A DNA stretch of 60,931 nucleotides, counting the filler, from Nemertoderma westbladi (taxonomy: Eukaryota > Animalia > Xenacoelomorpha): the NCBI GenBank assembly GCA_032718475.1. It is 4 parts of 4 records of this genome, joined end to end, with 100 filler letters (N's around TTAATTAATTAA, not from the genome) between each part and the next. Parts side by side here need not be neighbours in the genome. Positions count along the whole stretch, not along the records: positions 1 to 16,971 come from JAUCBJ010004372.1; positions 17,072 to 37,072 come from JAUCBJ010003620.1; 2 more parts are not named here. One strand, written 5' to 3'. This document shows positions 12,921 to 23,795 of this stretch, piece after piece (the first letter of the stretch is position 1; each line of letters starts with the position of its first letter). Both the position numbers and the translations under genes were made by a program. The notes beneath the pieces are model-generated. The model had not been told where the DNA came from. It was given only the letters and a program-made list of their open reading frames with translations, and did not search any database.

Positions 12921-13325
12921 TTTTATTATTGTATGCGGCTCGTTCCAACAGCTGATAGACCTGCAGTAATTTATTCCAGCATTGTGGAGTTATCTATCTA
13001 CTTTATTATTGTATGCGGCTCGTTCCAACAGCTGATAGACCTGCAGTAATATATTCTAGCATTGTGGAGTTATCTATCTACTTTATTATTGTATGCGGCT
13101 CGTTCCAACAGCTGATAGACCTGCAGTAATATATTCTAGCATTGTGGAGTTATCTATCTACTTTATTATTGTATGCGGCTCGTTCCAACAGCTGATAGAC
13201 CTGCAGTGATTTATTCTAGCATTGTGGAGTTATGTATCTACTTTATTATTGTATGCGGCTCGCTCCAACAGCTGATAGACCTGCAGTAATATATTCTAGC
13301 ATTGTGGAGTCATCTATCAACTTTT
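12921..13325. repeat. 80-bp tandem repeat x5
   Basis: Unit TTTATTATTGTATGCGGCTCGTTCCAACAGCTGATAGACCTGCAGTAAT...TATCTATCTAC with 80-bp period. Confidence 0.95.
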
Positions 13326-13836
13326 ATCTCTTTTTATCAATTTTATTGATCGTCCGCCTATGTTTTATTATAATTTCATTTTATTTCTTTTCATTTTACT
13401 TTATTTCATTTTATTTAATTGTATCTTCCTAGCCATCCATACCTGGTAATATATCAATTAAATGTGCATCTGTTTTAGTTATATCATTTTATTTATTTTT
13501 ACTTATTTTTAACTTAATTATTTGTATCCACCTATCTTTAATCACACTTTGCATTTTATCGATTGTTCATCCGAAAAGTACCACTTTTTTTTATTTTATT
13601 TTTTAACTTTATTTTACTTGCCTATTTTAATATAATTTATCCTCCATGTCAGCCTAATCTCTCTTTACCACTCTTTTATTTATTTTAATTATTTAATAGC
13701 ATCCTCGTAACCGGCATATACTGTACGATAGCCCCGTATAAATTAGTATCTTTTACAGTATATTATTCAATTAAATTTAACCGCGTACGTACTTATTTTA
13801 TGTGTAAATTGTGTAAACATTTTAATATATATTTAT

Positions 13837-13878
13837 ATCACTGAAGACGTGTGTTAATACATGAAATGGCCATATGAT
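13837..13878 (+). ncRNA. Minimal type-I hammerhead ribozyme motif, intact core
   Basis: ATCA-CTGAAGA-C-GTGTG-TTAA-TACAT-GAAA-TGGCCA-TA-TGAT: stem I 4 bp, stem II 5 bp, palindromic loop 3; predicted cleavage after 13874. Confidence 0.75.
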
Positions 13879-14441
13879 TAAAGGAATTTGTTTTACTTAG
13901 AATCGTGGCTTAGACCCTTACAACACCAATAAAACTCGATTTTAATATGTATTCGCCGCGAACGACATCTTTCAAACTCGCTTCTTATTTCTTTATCTGG
14001 AATGACTTTGTTAGTATGTTAGTTCACATTACATTGTGCGCATACATTGAATTGAAACAATACAGAAATTGTGAAATATTAGTAAGTTTTAGTATGTGTA
14101 ACTATTGGTAACTTTTTTCGCGACATAATATTATCCAATTCGGGATTGAACATATCCAGATTCACCAAATTAAACATAAACGACATCTCCATTGTTTTAT
14201 TAGCAACAGCTTCATCTTTGCTATGAAATGTTTACATAATTTGTACAACGAATTTCGAGAGTTCAAGTAATCAAACCTATGAAATGTAGTTTTGGCGATA
14301 TTTCCATAGTAGAGTCTATCAGTTATGGTTAATTTTTGAAGATAATATGACACGGTTACACTACATTGTGTCTGGTAGTCAGTAATATTGTTAGTTTTTT
14401 GGGTATATAATTCAAGACATACACAAATGCTAGTGTCTTTA

Positions 14442-15287
14442 TCATTTCATCATACCCTTGACAAGGTCGATTGGCAGAGGGAATATAATGGTAGAATTCT
14501 TCTCAGCTGAAATGGCCGTCAGGGTCTGCAAGTATCTCAGCTGCAGCGACACAGGGGACAACGAAATGACATCAGCAGCTTCTTTTAGGGCCTTCGAGGC
14601 ATTCCACTCACCTTCAGCAGCAATAACTTTAGCCTTAGCTTCTCGAGCTGCTTCAGCCTCAGCTGCCATCGCTCGCTGCATTTGAATTGGTAAACGAACA
14701 TCTTTAACCTCAACCCTCTCAACCTTCACTCCCCAAGGATCAGTGGCGATATCGAGCATGGTCTGCATGCTATGGCTGATCTGCTCTCGATCTGACAAAA
14801 CCTCGAACATATTTTTCGTTCCAAGAACATTCCGAAGGGTTGTAGCGGCAAGAAGTCTAGTTGACCTGTCGACATGCTCCACATTTGTTATGGAAATAAT
14901 GGGATTAAAAACCCTGTAATAGACAACAGCATCAACAGCAACTGTAACAGAATCTTTGGTCAGGATCTCTTGGGGAGGCACGTCAAACGAGATGGTTCGT
15001 AGATCAACATTTTGGAAATTGTCGGTGCACGGGAGAACAAAGAACAGACCGGGTCCTTTGGCACCTCCGGGGAGAATTCGACCAAGGCGAAATATAACAG
15101 CTCTTTCGTATTCCTGTACGATTTTGATACAAAGTAATAAACTGAATGGGAGTGTAATTAAGACAAAGAACCCACTCACAACGATAAGTATAATATCGCA
15201 TACACCCCACCCATCATTTTCTGGTTCTTCGCGACTTCGACCAGCTTGGCCATGCTGTTCCATTCTTATATCGTCTACCTTGTTCAT
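14442..15287 (-). CDS. Stomatin / band-7 (SPFH) protein, paralogue 3, intronless CDS (start MNKVDDIRM at 15287, or MEQ at 15263)
   Basis: All stomatin motifs; diverged N-terminus; tail IDLVKGMMK shared with paralogue 1. Confidence 0.95.
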   Translation of the reverse strand: MNKVDDIRMEQHGQAGRSREEPENDGWGVCDIILIVVSGFFVLITLPFSLLLCIKIVQEYERAVIFRLGRILPGGAKGPGLFFVLPCTDNFQNVDLRTISFDVPPQEILTKDSVTVAVDAVVYYRVFNPIISITNVEHVDRSTRLLAATTLRNVLGTKNMFEVLSDREQISHSMQTMLDIATDPWGVKVERVEVKDVRLPIQMQRAMAAEAEAAREAKAKVIAAEGEWNASKALKEAADVISLSPVSLQLRYLQTLTAISAEKNSTIIFPLPIDLVKGMMK

Positions 15288-16315
15288 AAATATTCTATTA
15301 TGTTTCAAGAATTGCAGGTCAGGTATTAATATTAAAAAGTTGTTTAATTCATTAATATAATATCAACAAAAGTGTACTATAGTAAGGAGGTATTGTATAA
15401 GTACTGTATGAGGGACAGATTTCTGAGTAACTATGTCCTATGGTCAGATTGTGTCACATTCAGTTTAACATATACTACTCATGGCATCTTAAAACTTCCT
15501 TGTTGAAATTGAGCTGCTTTCGGCTAATACCCAATAAAAGTCCCCTCATATAGGCCAACGTGGTTACAAGTCCAAAACTGAACATCATCTCAATATTGAG
15601 AAGAAGTACATGTTCTGGACATTTAATATATTTATACTGCGTTCATTTCTGATAGATTATTTGTTGCCTTATTGTGGGTAAGTAAAGACTTAGTCTTCAT
15701 TCCAACAAGGAGGTTAAAACGTCTTGCACACACCATGAGTGGTCTAATTCGAGGACTCTCATTGAGAAGGACAACTTCACTACTAAGGTCTCTTTTTTCA
15801 TAGAGCATTTGACTCTGTGTCTAGCTAGACCGTGCACGTTCAAAATACAGCACGCATATGGTATTCTTGATGAAATCATTGATGCACTATATGTATAGTA
15901 GACTATTTATACAATGATGTGCTCTATAATTATGGTGGAGGCCCTTTGTCACAACCAAGAGCATTCCGACCACTTAGACTCATTCAGTCACCAGGAGGTT
16001 TTTACCTTTAACGACATTATGCTGTATATCTCTTGGCTTTAACAGACAGAAATGGTGACAAGTCAATAACTTTTCCTCGCCATTTTTTCAGTTCAATGAT
16101 ACTGTAGTTGAGAACAGCGCCGAGCTTGGAAGTTGCATTTGATTTAGGGATTGGTTTGGGGCATTTTTGTTTCTGTCGGTCATCTTAGTGCAGTTTACTT
16201 ACACCCCAGCAAATTTTGTGGCTAACTAGTCTTTGAAAAATTTTTAATAGAAAAATAAAATATCTTTGTGGCCGATCATAATTATTTTTTTTATTAGTAA
16301 ATAGCTAACATGTAC

Positions 16316-16383
16316 TAGGATAAGTCATAATTAATAATAATTACTAATGTAATAACTCTTATTATTAATTATGACTTATTCTA
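16316..16383. repeat. AT-rich inverted repeat with 25-bp arms
   Basis: TAGGATAAGTCATAATTAATAATAA / TTATTATTAATTATGACTTATTCTA, one mismatch. Confidence 0.8.
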
Positions 16384-16971
16384 TTATCGCCGTTGTTGGC
16401 TAGGGCATACCGCTTTATCTCATCACAACATGTACTAGACCATTCTAAAAAAATGTAGCTAAATCTAGCTCTATAAAATATTGGTGAGAGGTGTATTTTT
16501 TAACTAGCTAATGAAAAACCACTGACTACATAGATTTCTATACATAGAGACCGTGGTAATTTATTACAATGAATAGTTATGAACACAGTAAATCATTTAA
16601 TAGAAATACAGTCCCCAAAAAAATATACTAATTTTTAAAAATATTCTAGAAACAAAATATTTTGTTATAGAACATCATCTATCCTATAATATAAAACAAT
16701 ATTATATTTTATATAATATCTAAAATATTCTAGAATATAATATTCATTGTTCTAGAACACATATAAAACAATTACAAAACGATTTATTTATCGAGGTTGA
16801 TGCATGCGACTGTTAAGCATGTGATAATGAGGGCACACCGTGAGAGTAGGTGGAATCCCCAGTCAGTGTATGGATACTCAAGCTATCTTTATATTAAGTC
16901 CTTGTTGTCTTGTTTGTAATTTATTGTTTATTTTCAAATATAGATATATTACATTATATTAAATAATTAAA

Positions 16972-17071
16972 NNNNNNNNNNNNNNNNNNNNNNNNNNNNN
17001 NNNNNNNNNNNNNNNTTAATTAATTAANNNNNNNNNNNNNNNNNNNNNNNNNNNNNNNNNNNNNNNNNNNN
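16972..17071. other. Assembly spacer (N44-TTAATTAATTAA-N44)
   Basis: Six-frame stop linker, identical at all three gaps. Confidence 0.95.
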
Positions 17072-18526
17072 CGGGAAGTTTTAGCTTCTCTTCCTAACTG
17101 TTGGAGGGCAAGTCCTGATGTAGACTTAGATAATGACAATCTATCTAACAAGATACTAACAACATCTAACAAGATAATGAAAACTATTCTTGGGATGAGC
17201 CCTTAAAAGGGGAACTGTTACAGAAATGGCAGAAATGGGAAGAAATGTTACCAGAACTAGAATTACTCAAAATTCCTAGAGCATATTTTCCTCATATGAG
17301 TCGAGGAGAAACTTTACAACTACATTTATTTAGCGATGCAAGTACTAAAGGTATGGGGACAGTTGCATATCTTAGACGCGAAACTAATAACTCGATCGAA
17401 GTTGCTTATGTCATGTCGAAGGCTAAAACAATGCCTTCTAAATTTCTAACTATTCCAAGAGCAGAGTTGATGGCTGCAGTTTATAGTGTAGAGTTAGCTA
17501 ATTTCATTGTCGCGCATATTAGGTTTACATTGACTGTTACCTTCTGGACAGATGCTAGTTTAGTCCTTGAATATTTACATAACGATAAAGCATCTTTTAA
17601 AGTCTTTGTAGCTAATCGCAAAGCACAAATATTGAGTTCAACTGAAGTCAATCAGTGGAGATATTGCCCTGGAGAACTAAATCCCGCGGATATCGCGTCT
17701 CGGGGAGCTACTCCCCGTCAACTGTTGGACACTCCTTGTTGGTTCCAAGGGCCCGCATTTTTGATCCTTGAAAAACATTTATGGCCTGTGAATCTATCAC
17801 GAGAGGAGATGATGACTAAATCTGAATTTCCCCCTGAGATTGTTGTTCCTTCAAAGAGGTCTAATAAGTCTAAACTGTTTACTATATCTAAGCCTGAACA
17901 AGTTTTGTCAGATCACATTGTATTTAGAACCATTCCTGACATTCCTGATACTGACTCTGTCAGTGTTCCTTATTTAGACATGCAAATTGTTTCTACTACA
18001 GCTCCTAAAGATGGATGTATTGAAGAACCAGAAAATGTTGAGGTTACTATTGAGGTTAGTAAATCAAAGGGAATTATTCTCCCAAACATATCTCAAGGAT
18101 TACATAATATTTTAGCACGTTGTCTCGAACATTATTCTTCTTGGGATAGATTATGTAAGCATGTTACATATCTTAAGAAGTATGCCCATTATGTATTATC
18201 TAAGAGAAAAATTATTCCAATTAAGGCTACTCTTGATAGTGAACTAAGAGAGACTGAGTTGCAAATGTTACGGTGTAAACGATTTGGTGTTATTGGTTGA
18301 TGAGAATGTGCCACGTCGAACTTGGGTAACTGGGCGGATAACCCATATATTTCCAGGGAAAGATGGTCGGGTAAGATCAGTTCGACTACGCACTAGCTTG
18401 AAGCAAACTCTAGAACGTCCAGTACATGGCTTATGCCTTCTGGAGATGGCCAGAGATAAGATTGGAGATCATAGTAGTAATGTCAGCAAATGTCTTGACT
18501 TACGTTACCCCGATTTGAATTATTAG
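17072..18526 (+). mobile_element. BEL/Pao LTR retrotransposon pol relic (RNase H joined to DUF5641-type C-terminus, integrase core deleted)
   Basis: LHLFSDAS, TIPRAELMAA, FWTDA, FVANR, WRYCPGELNPADIASRG, then in another frame LVLLVDENVPRRTW..GKDGRVRSVRLRT..RPV. Confidence 0.92.
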
Positions 18527-19334
18527 CAATACCTACGATAGGTGCCGTTATTTAAGATAAACAAACTCTCTTTTGATTGTATATGTTTAATATCCGTGAT
18601 TAGTGCATCATATACGTACAAAATTTTGGAAGCGGGAATTTGTATGTAAATGAGAGCAGTATTTTTAAAAAATTTTGATATATAACAATGACCGTCATCT
18701 CACTCTAAGAGCTTGGAAGCGGTATGTAAAATGATTGGTTCACAGTTAAATATAGTACATCGAATCGTTACAAACGATCTAGCCCGATGTGTATTTATCG
18801 ATGTGATAATCGTGTTTGTATCTAACATATTGTGTAGTCCAGCCCCGTCTCTGCGCTGCGCGATATTGCATGATACTATGTAAATGAATGTGTGACAAAG
18901 TATGAGAATGTTTGTTAAGGTTTAATTTCAGCCGATTAAAGACAAAGACTTAATATAAACATTATAGGTAAGTTAAGTATACACATTGATTAGTGACTAC
19001 CGGTACGCTATCATACGTGGTTGCGTTGAATGGCAAAATTGTGTTACTGATACAATAAATTATGGTGCTGCAATCCCGTTTAAACCCTGTCCTTTAATTG
19101 ATATTATAAATCATTTAAACAAAATAAATAAAACTAAATTTTATTGAGGCTTGTGGCACTTTAATTAAAATTAACTTTAAATATTTATAAAAAAAAAATA
19201 AAAAAATAAACGACCAGATTTCTGCGATCCCGTTGGGAGTTACACCTTTAGTTTAGTGCCTTGCTGACAGAGCTGAGCTTTCGGGTTCCTGACTGATGGC
19301 TTTGGTGTTCTGTTGTCGAAGACGAAAAGTCTAT

Positions 19335-19710
19335 CGATATCCGTTGGATCCTTAGTTGTTCACACGATATCCTTCGGATCCTTGGTTGTTCACACGATAT
19401 CCGTCGGATCCTTGGTTGTTCACACGATATCCGTCGGATCCTTAGTTGTTCACACGATATCCGTCGGATCCTTGGTTGTTCACACGATATCCGTCGGATA
19501 CTTGGTTGTTCACACGATATCCGTCGGATCCTTGGTTGTTCACACGATATCCGTCGGATCCTTGGTTGTTCACACGATATCCGTCGGATCCTTGGTTGTT
19601 CACACGATATCCGTCGGATCCTTAGTTGTTCACACGATATCTGTCGGATCCTTAGTTGTTCACACGATATCCGTCGGATCCTTAGTTGTTCACACGATAT
19701 CCGTCGGCCC
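19335..19710. repeat. 30-bp minisatellite (CGATATCCGTCGGATCCTTGGTTGTTCACA)n
   Basis: About 12 units. Confidence 0.95.
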
Positions 19711-21339
19711 TGTGGGTTGTTTGCACGAATCCGTCGGACCTTTGGTCAGTAATGTTTTGCTACCTGTCCTACTTATTTAGACCCTATTTAGTTAGTTATT
19801 GCCGATGCAGATCGGCTACATGACGATATTATATCCATTGACTTATTTCGATTAGTCTATAGCTACATGTGGGTTATCACTTACAGAGAAACTCTTTGTC
19901 CTGTTTCTTCCATTTATGTTGGTTTAGTTATTAAAGTAACCTGGTGGTAATGATAAACTTCTTATAACAAAGGTCTATTACTTGTACAATATGTTTACTG
20001 TAATTATTATATGTTGTCGATCAAGACGAATAATTAATTTGTATGTAATTATATGTACACCATTGAATTTAATGAGATATTTTCCTATGGAAGTAAGTTA
20101 TGTTAATTGTAGTTTATTTTTAGGATTTGATTAATTGGAAGTTCTCTGAAATATTAGTTATTGTAATTATGTACGTATTATGCAAGTACCACACCTTGGT
20201 ATTATGTTACATTAGTTAGTTATTTGCAGGCCTCTTTAATTTCGGCCTGGTTATTTGTCGTTCATTTGATTAATTTTACCGAGGCACCTGGAGACATGGT
20301 GTATTAATCTATTAACGAAATTAAAATTATTATTTTTTATGCAAATGGTTTGATTCTGGACATTCTTTAGTTGAAAGGATTTATAATTTCGTGCATTGTG
20401 ATAACAATCGTTTGCTTCTTGAGTCTTTTATAAAATTATATTCTAAGAAGATATTTACAATTATATGGTAGTGCCTATGAGACTATAATTTGGAAGCGGT
20501 TTGTTGAAGCAAATCGATTGTTATACTTACAGTATATTGTCAACATTTATATTTTTTGTTCACAGCAGTGTTTAATGCAATTTATATTTAAATTTACCGC
20601 TGTGCAATTATTTTTCTTTATGGCTTGTGATTTCTTGCCGCTCATTGGCTCTTTTAAAGAGTGAATGGGATTTTGAGAGCGAGAGAGGACGTGGTGGAGA
20701 GGAAGGGCTGGATAGGCCAGGGCATAAGCATAAAACCACGGTACTACAGTACTACATACTGTAACGGTATCCTGTCTGCCTGTCTAATTATTGTGCTGTG
20801 TTATGGATATGCGGTAAGAAGACCAGAAGGGCCTTCAAATCTATGTTTTTTATGAGGATGTACATCAATCTGTAAATTTGTGTAAATTCAACCTACTGAA
20901 CTAAGGAATTGCATAATTATTCTGATATATTATTATACCTACTGACTGGAAGCTGACGCTTACTTTCTTTTCGACATTCAGTCAGACACCTTACAGCCTT
21001 ATCTGTTCTGTGTTCCCGAAAGTTTAGCTAGGTCCGCTAATTACTAAACTTAGCGCAGCTCATGGGTGTAATTTCTGCCCCGATTTATGATTTCTGGCTG
21101 TAGCGATATTTTCGGTCAGCTCATAGAGTCACTAATCTTACAGTATCAGCATACACTTACCGGCAGACCGGTAATTATTCATCTATTTGAGTAAAGGACG
21201 GGTCGAACCACTACCAATTACAGGTAACAAACGGATCCATAATTAATTGTTTACTGTCTGACTGTCAGACTGTGGAAATGGTAAGTTCCTTTATTGTTTG
21301 ACTTGGTTTGTGAGTAGCAAGTGTCTCCTGCATTCCTAT

Positions 21340-22445
21340 GTGAATGAACGGTTGTTTTCTTGATGTTTCCCTCCATAACGCCTTTGTTTGTGTGATCAAA
21401 ATGTAGATAATAAATTGTTGGTCTTCAAATTACCGCTACCGCATATCTTCATATCGAGTGACGTCCCAAGGTTGGGTCTTTCTTACTTGCGGTAACAATA
21501 GTTCATATATTTCCATATAGTTCGGGTTCTGTTAAGTTTTGTACAAGGTAGCTAAAACCTTCGACATTCCATAGGCGTACCCGTATATGTACTATATTGC
21601 TCCTGTCCTATTCAGATGGTTGACCGATTCCGGTAACCGGACCTGCAGTGTTGCCATAATCAGCAATTGGATGGCTTTCTGGACGATGTTCTGGACGACA
21701 TCGTAGACCGAGTTCTTCTCGCTCAGAGTCTGTCAGCTGGTAATTTCGAATGGTGATTCCAGATTCCCACAGATCGGTATCCATCAGTGCTTAACGGTGT
21801 TGCCTGTCGCATATGATGTGGAAACTCAAAAATGGTGAGTTTACATCCTTGAGAGGAAGCTTGGCTATGTCGTCGAAAGGAACTTCCTCGTCCTTAAGGA
21901 AGTTCGCAATTTCATCGCATGTAGTAGATGGATCTTGTCGACCTATATGTATGTGCGATTTCCCACCATTTTCGTTCTGGTTTCCTTTGGCAACATGGAG
22001 GGGCCCACCAGCTCAGCTGCCCTGCAGTGCCGGTGCAGGTCTGCTCGGGCCATGGTCCGATGATGGAAACATCTGGTTTGACCCGCCAGTTGGGGCACTT
22101 TGGCAAGCCGGGGCGGGGTCGCGCTGGGGTTCCGTTGCATGACAGAGCTGTACAGGGGCATGCCAGAACCGGGGTTGTTACTCGGGTGTTGTAAATATGC
22201 CAGAAGCTCGTTCTTCGCCACCATGGTTTCTTTCCGAGCATCCAAAGTTTCTTTTCATGAAACTGCAAGATCAGACAAAGCCATTATATAATTTTCTCGC
22301 GCATCTATCAGTAAACAGCGAGTTCAAAGTTGATAGCATTTCAGCCAAATGTTTCTCATCATCATTGGCTACGCTTTTCTTTCGCTTGATATTTGCAAAC
22401 AATGTCAAAATGTCTGACTGTGCCTTAGGTAATTCTGCCATATGC
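21340..22445 (-). mobile_element. 5' part of a CR1/L2-like LINE (decayed ORF1 plus start of APE endonuclease)
   Basis: Manual translation HIHIGRQDPSTTCDEIANFL...FLSFHIIC...LWESGITIRNY (ORF1 RRM-like pattern) followed by IRVRLWNVEG; stops and frameshifts present. Confidence 0.6.
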
Positions 22446-23198
22446 CTTACCGGTACCAGGACCACGAACAGGTACTGGTTCGTATTCAGTCACTACAGCT
22501 TCCCTACAGCCTAAGCTTAAACCTAACTACTTCTACTTTGTTAAATGGTTGGTTATCCCTTTATATATTTAATATTTAAGGTCTGGGTCACACATGAGCT
22601 TTCAACTTTCAACATTCAACTTTCAATTAAAAGATAGAACATATTGTTGGATCTATTACGATGTTCACACATACACAGTAAACTTTCAATATGCAACTTT
22701 CAACTTTCAAAATGCACTAGTCCTATGTTCTATCTTACATGAAAGTTGAAAGCTGGCATTACCAGCATTGACATCCAATCAGAAGTAATGTTTATAAATT
22801 ATAGCAGCTACTGTACAGTATAACATAAGTTTATGTTGGTGTTCAGACACTCCCCCCCCCCCCCCCCCCCCCGGACACTTCCCCCTGTGCCGTCGACGAC
22901 AGACAAGGGCATGGCCTATATGGACTTAGACTGATATAGGACTTATTATATTATGTACCGGTAAGGGCGAGTTGATTGACTGACTTGATTGGTCTTGGGT
23001 ACTGCCCCTGTACACGGTACCTGGGTACCGAAGCCTATGCCTATATCAGTACCGTATATTATTGTGTACCATATATACTGATATACATTATATGAGATCG
23101 AAGGAATACCAGCACCAACCATTGAATATATTTTACTTATACCTCGTCGATCCCTAACAACGACGACACACTTCGAACCGGATCCGAACCAGTGACCT

Positions 23199-23795
23199 AT
23201 GGATTTCACCAACCAAACATTGAGATCGATGGCTGGTAGACAGCCTATCTCTGCTACAAGACAGTATCAGCCAGCAACAATAGCTGCTCTTCCGGTTTCA
23301 GAATCCATTAGACTCTGTCCAGCCTGTAAGGGTAAACCCCATAGTATAAAATATTGTAGAGAATTTGAATCCAAAACTCCACATGAACGTGGTAAATTAA
23401 TAAAATCCTCCGGGTATTGTGAGAATTGTCTTGGTCCACACAATATCTCTAACTGCTCGTCAACTGGCACCTGCCGTTTTTGTGGTAGGAATCATCATTC
23501 GATGCTTTGTTATGCAAAAACTAAATCATCTAAAATGTCTGGAGTTGGAGATTCACCTTATGTGGTTAAGTCCCCAGTGGCCAAGTGTTCATCTAACCCC
23601 CCTCAGCGTCCACCTAGTAGTAAACTTAATGTAACACCCACTGGCCAACAACTGTCTCCCAATGTGTCTCCATGGCAACCATCCTCCAGGATCGAACCTT
23701 CGATACCTGCTATTGAGACCAGATCCTGCTCCATCTTTGTTAAGATTGCCCGGGCGTTTATTACCCCACCAAATTCAGATGAAGGAATTTGCTGA
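23199..23795 (+). CDS. BEL/Pao Gag C-terminal zinc knuckles
   Basis: CPACKGKPHSIKYC, CENCLGPHNISNC, CRFCGRNHHSMLC. Confidence 0.85.
   Translation: MDFTNQTLRSMAGRQPISATRQYQPATIAALPVSESIRLCPACKGKPHSIKYCREFESKTPHERGKLIKSSGYCENCLGPHNISNCSSTGTCRFCGRNHHSMLCYAKTKSSKMSGVGDSPYVVKSPVAKCSSNPPQRPPSSKLNVTPTGQQLSPNVSPWQPSSRIEPSIPAIETRSCSIFVKIARAFITPPNSDEGIC

Noticed and set aside
16560-16971. Possible 5' LTR for the BEL relic after the gap
   Set aside because: Separated by an artificial spacer and no matching second LTR seen
17016-17027. TTAATTAATTAA palindrome at three loci
   Set aside because: Artificial linker inside N runs
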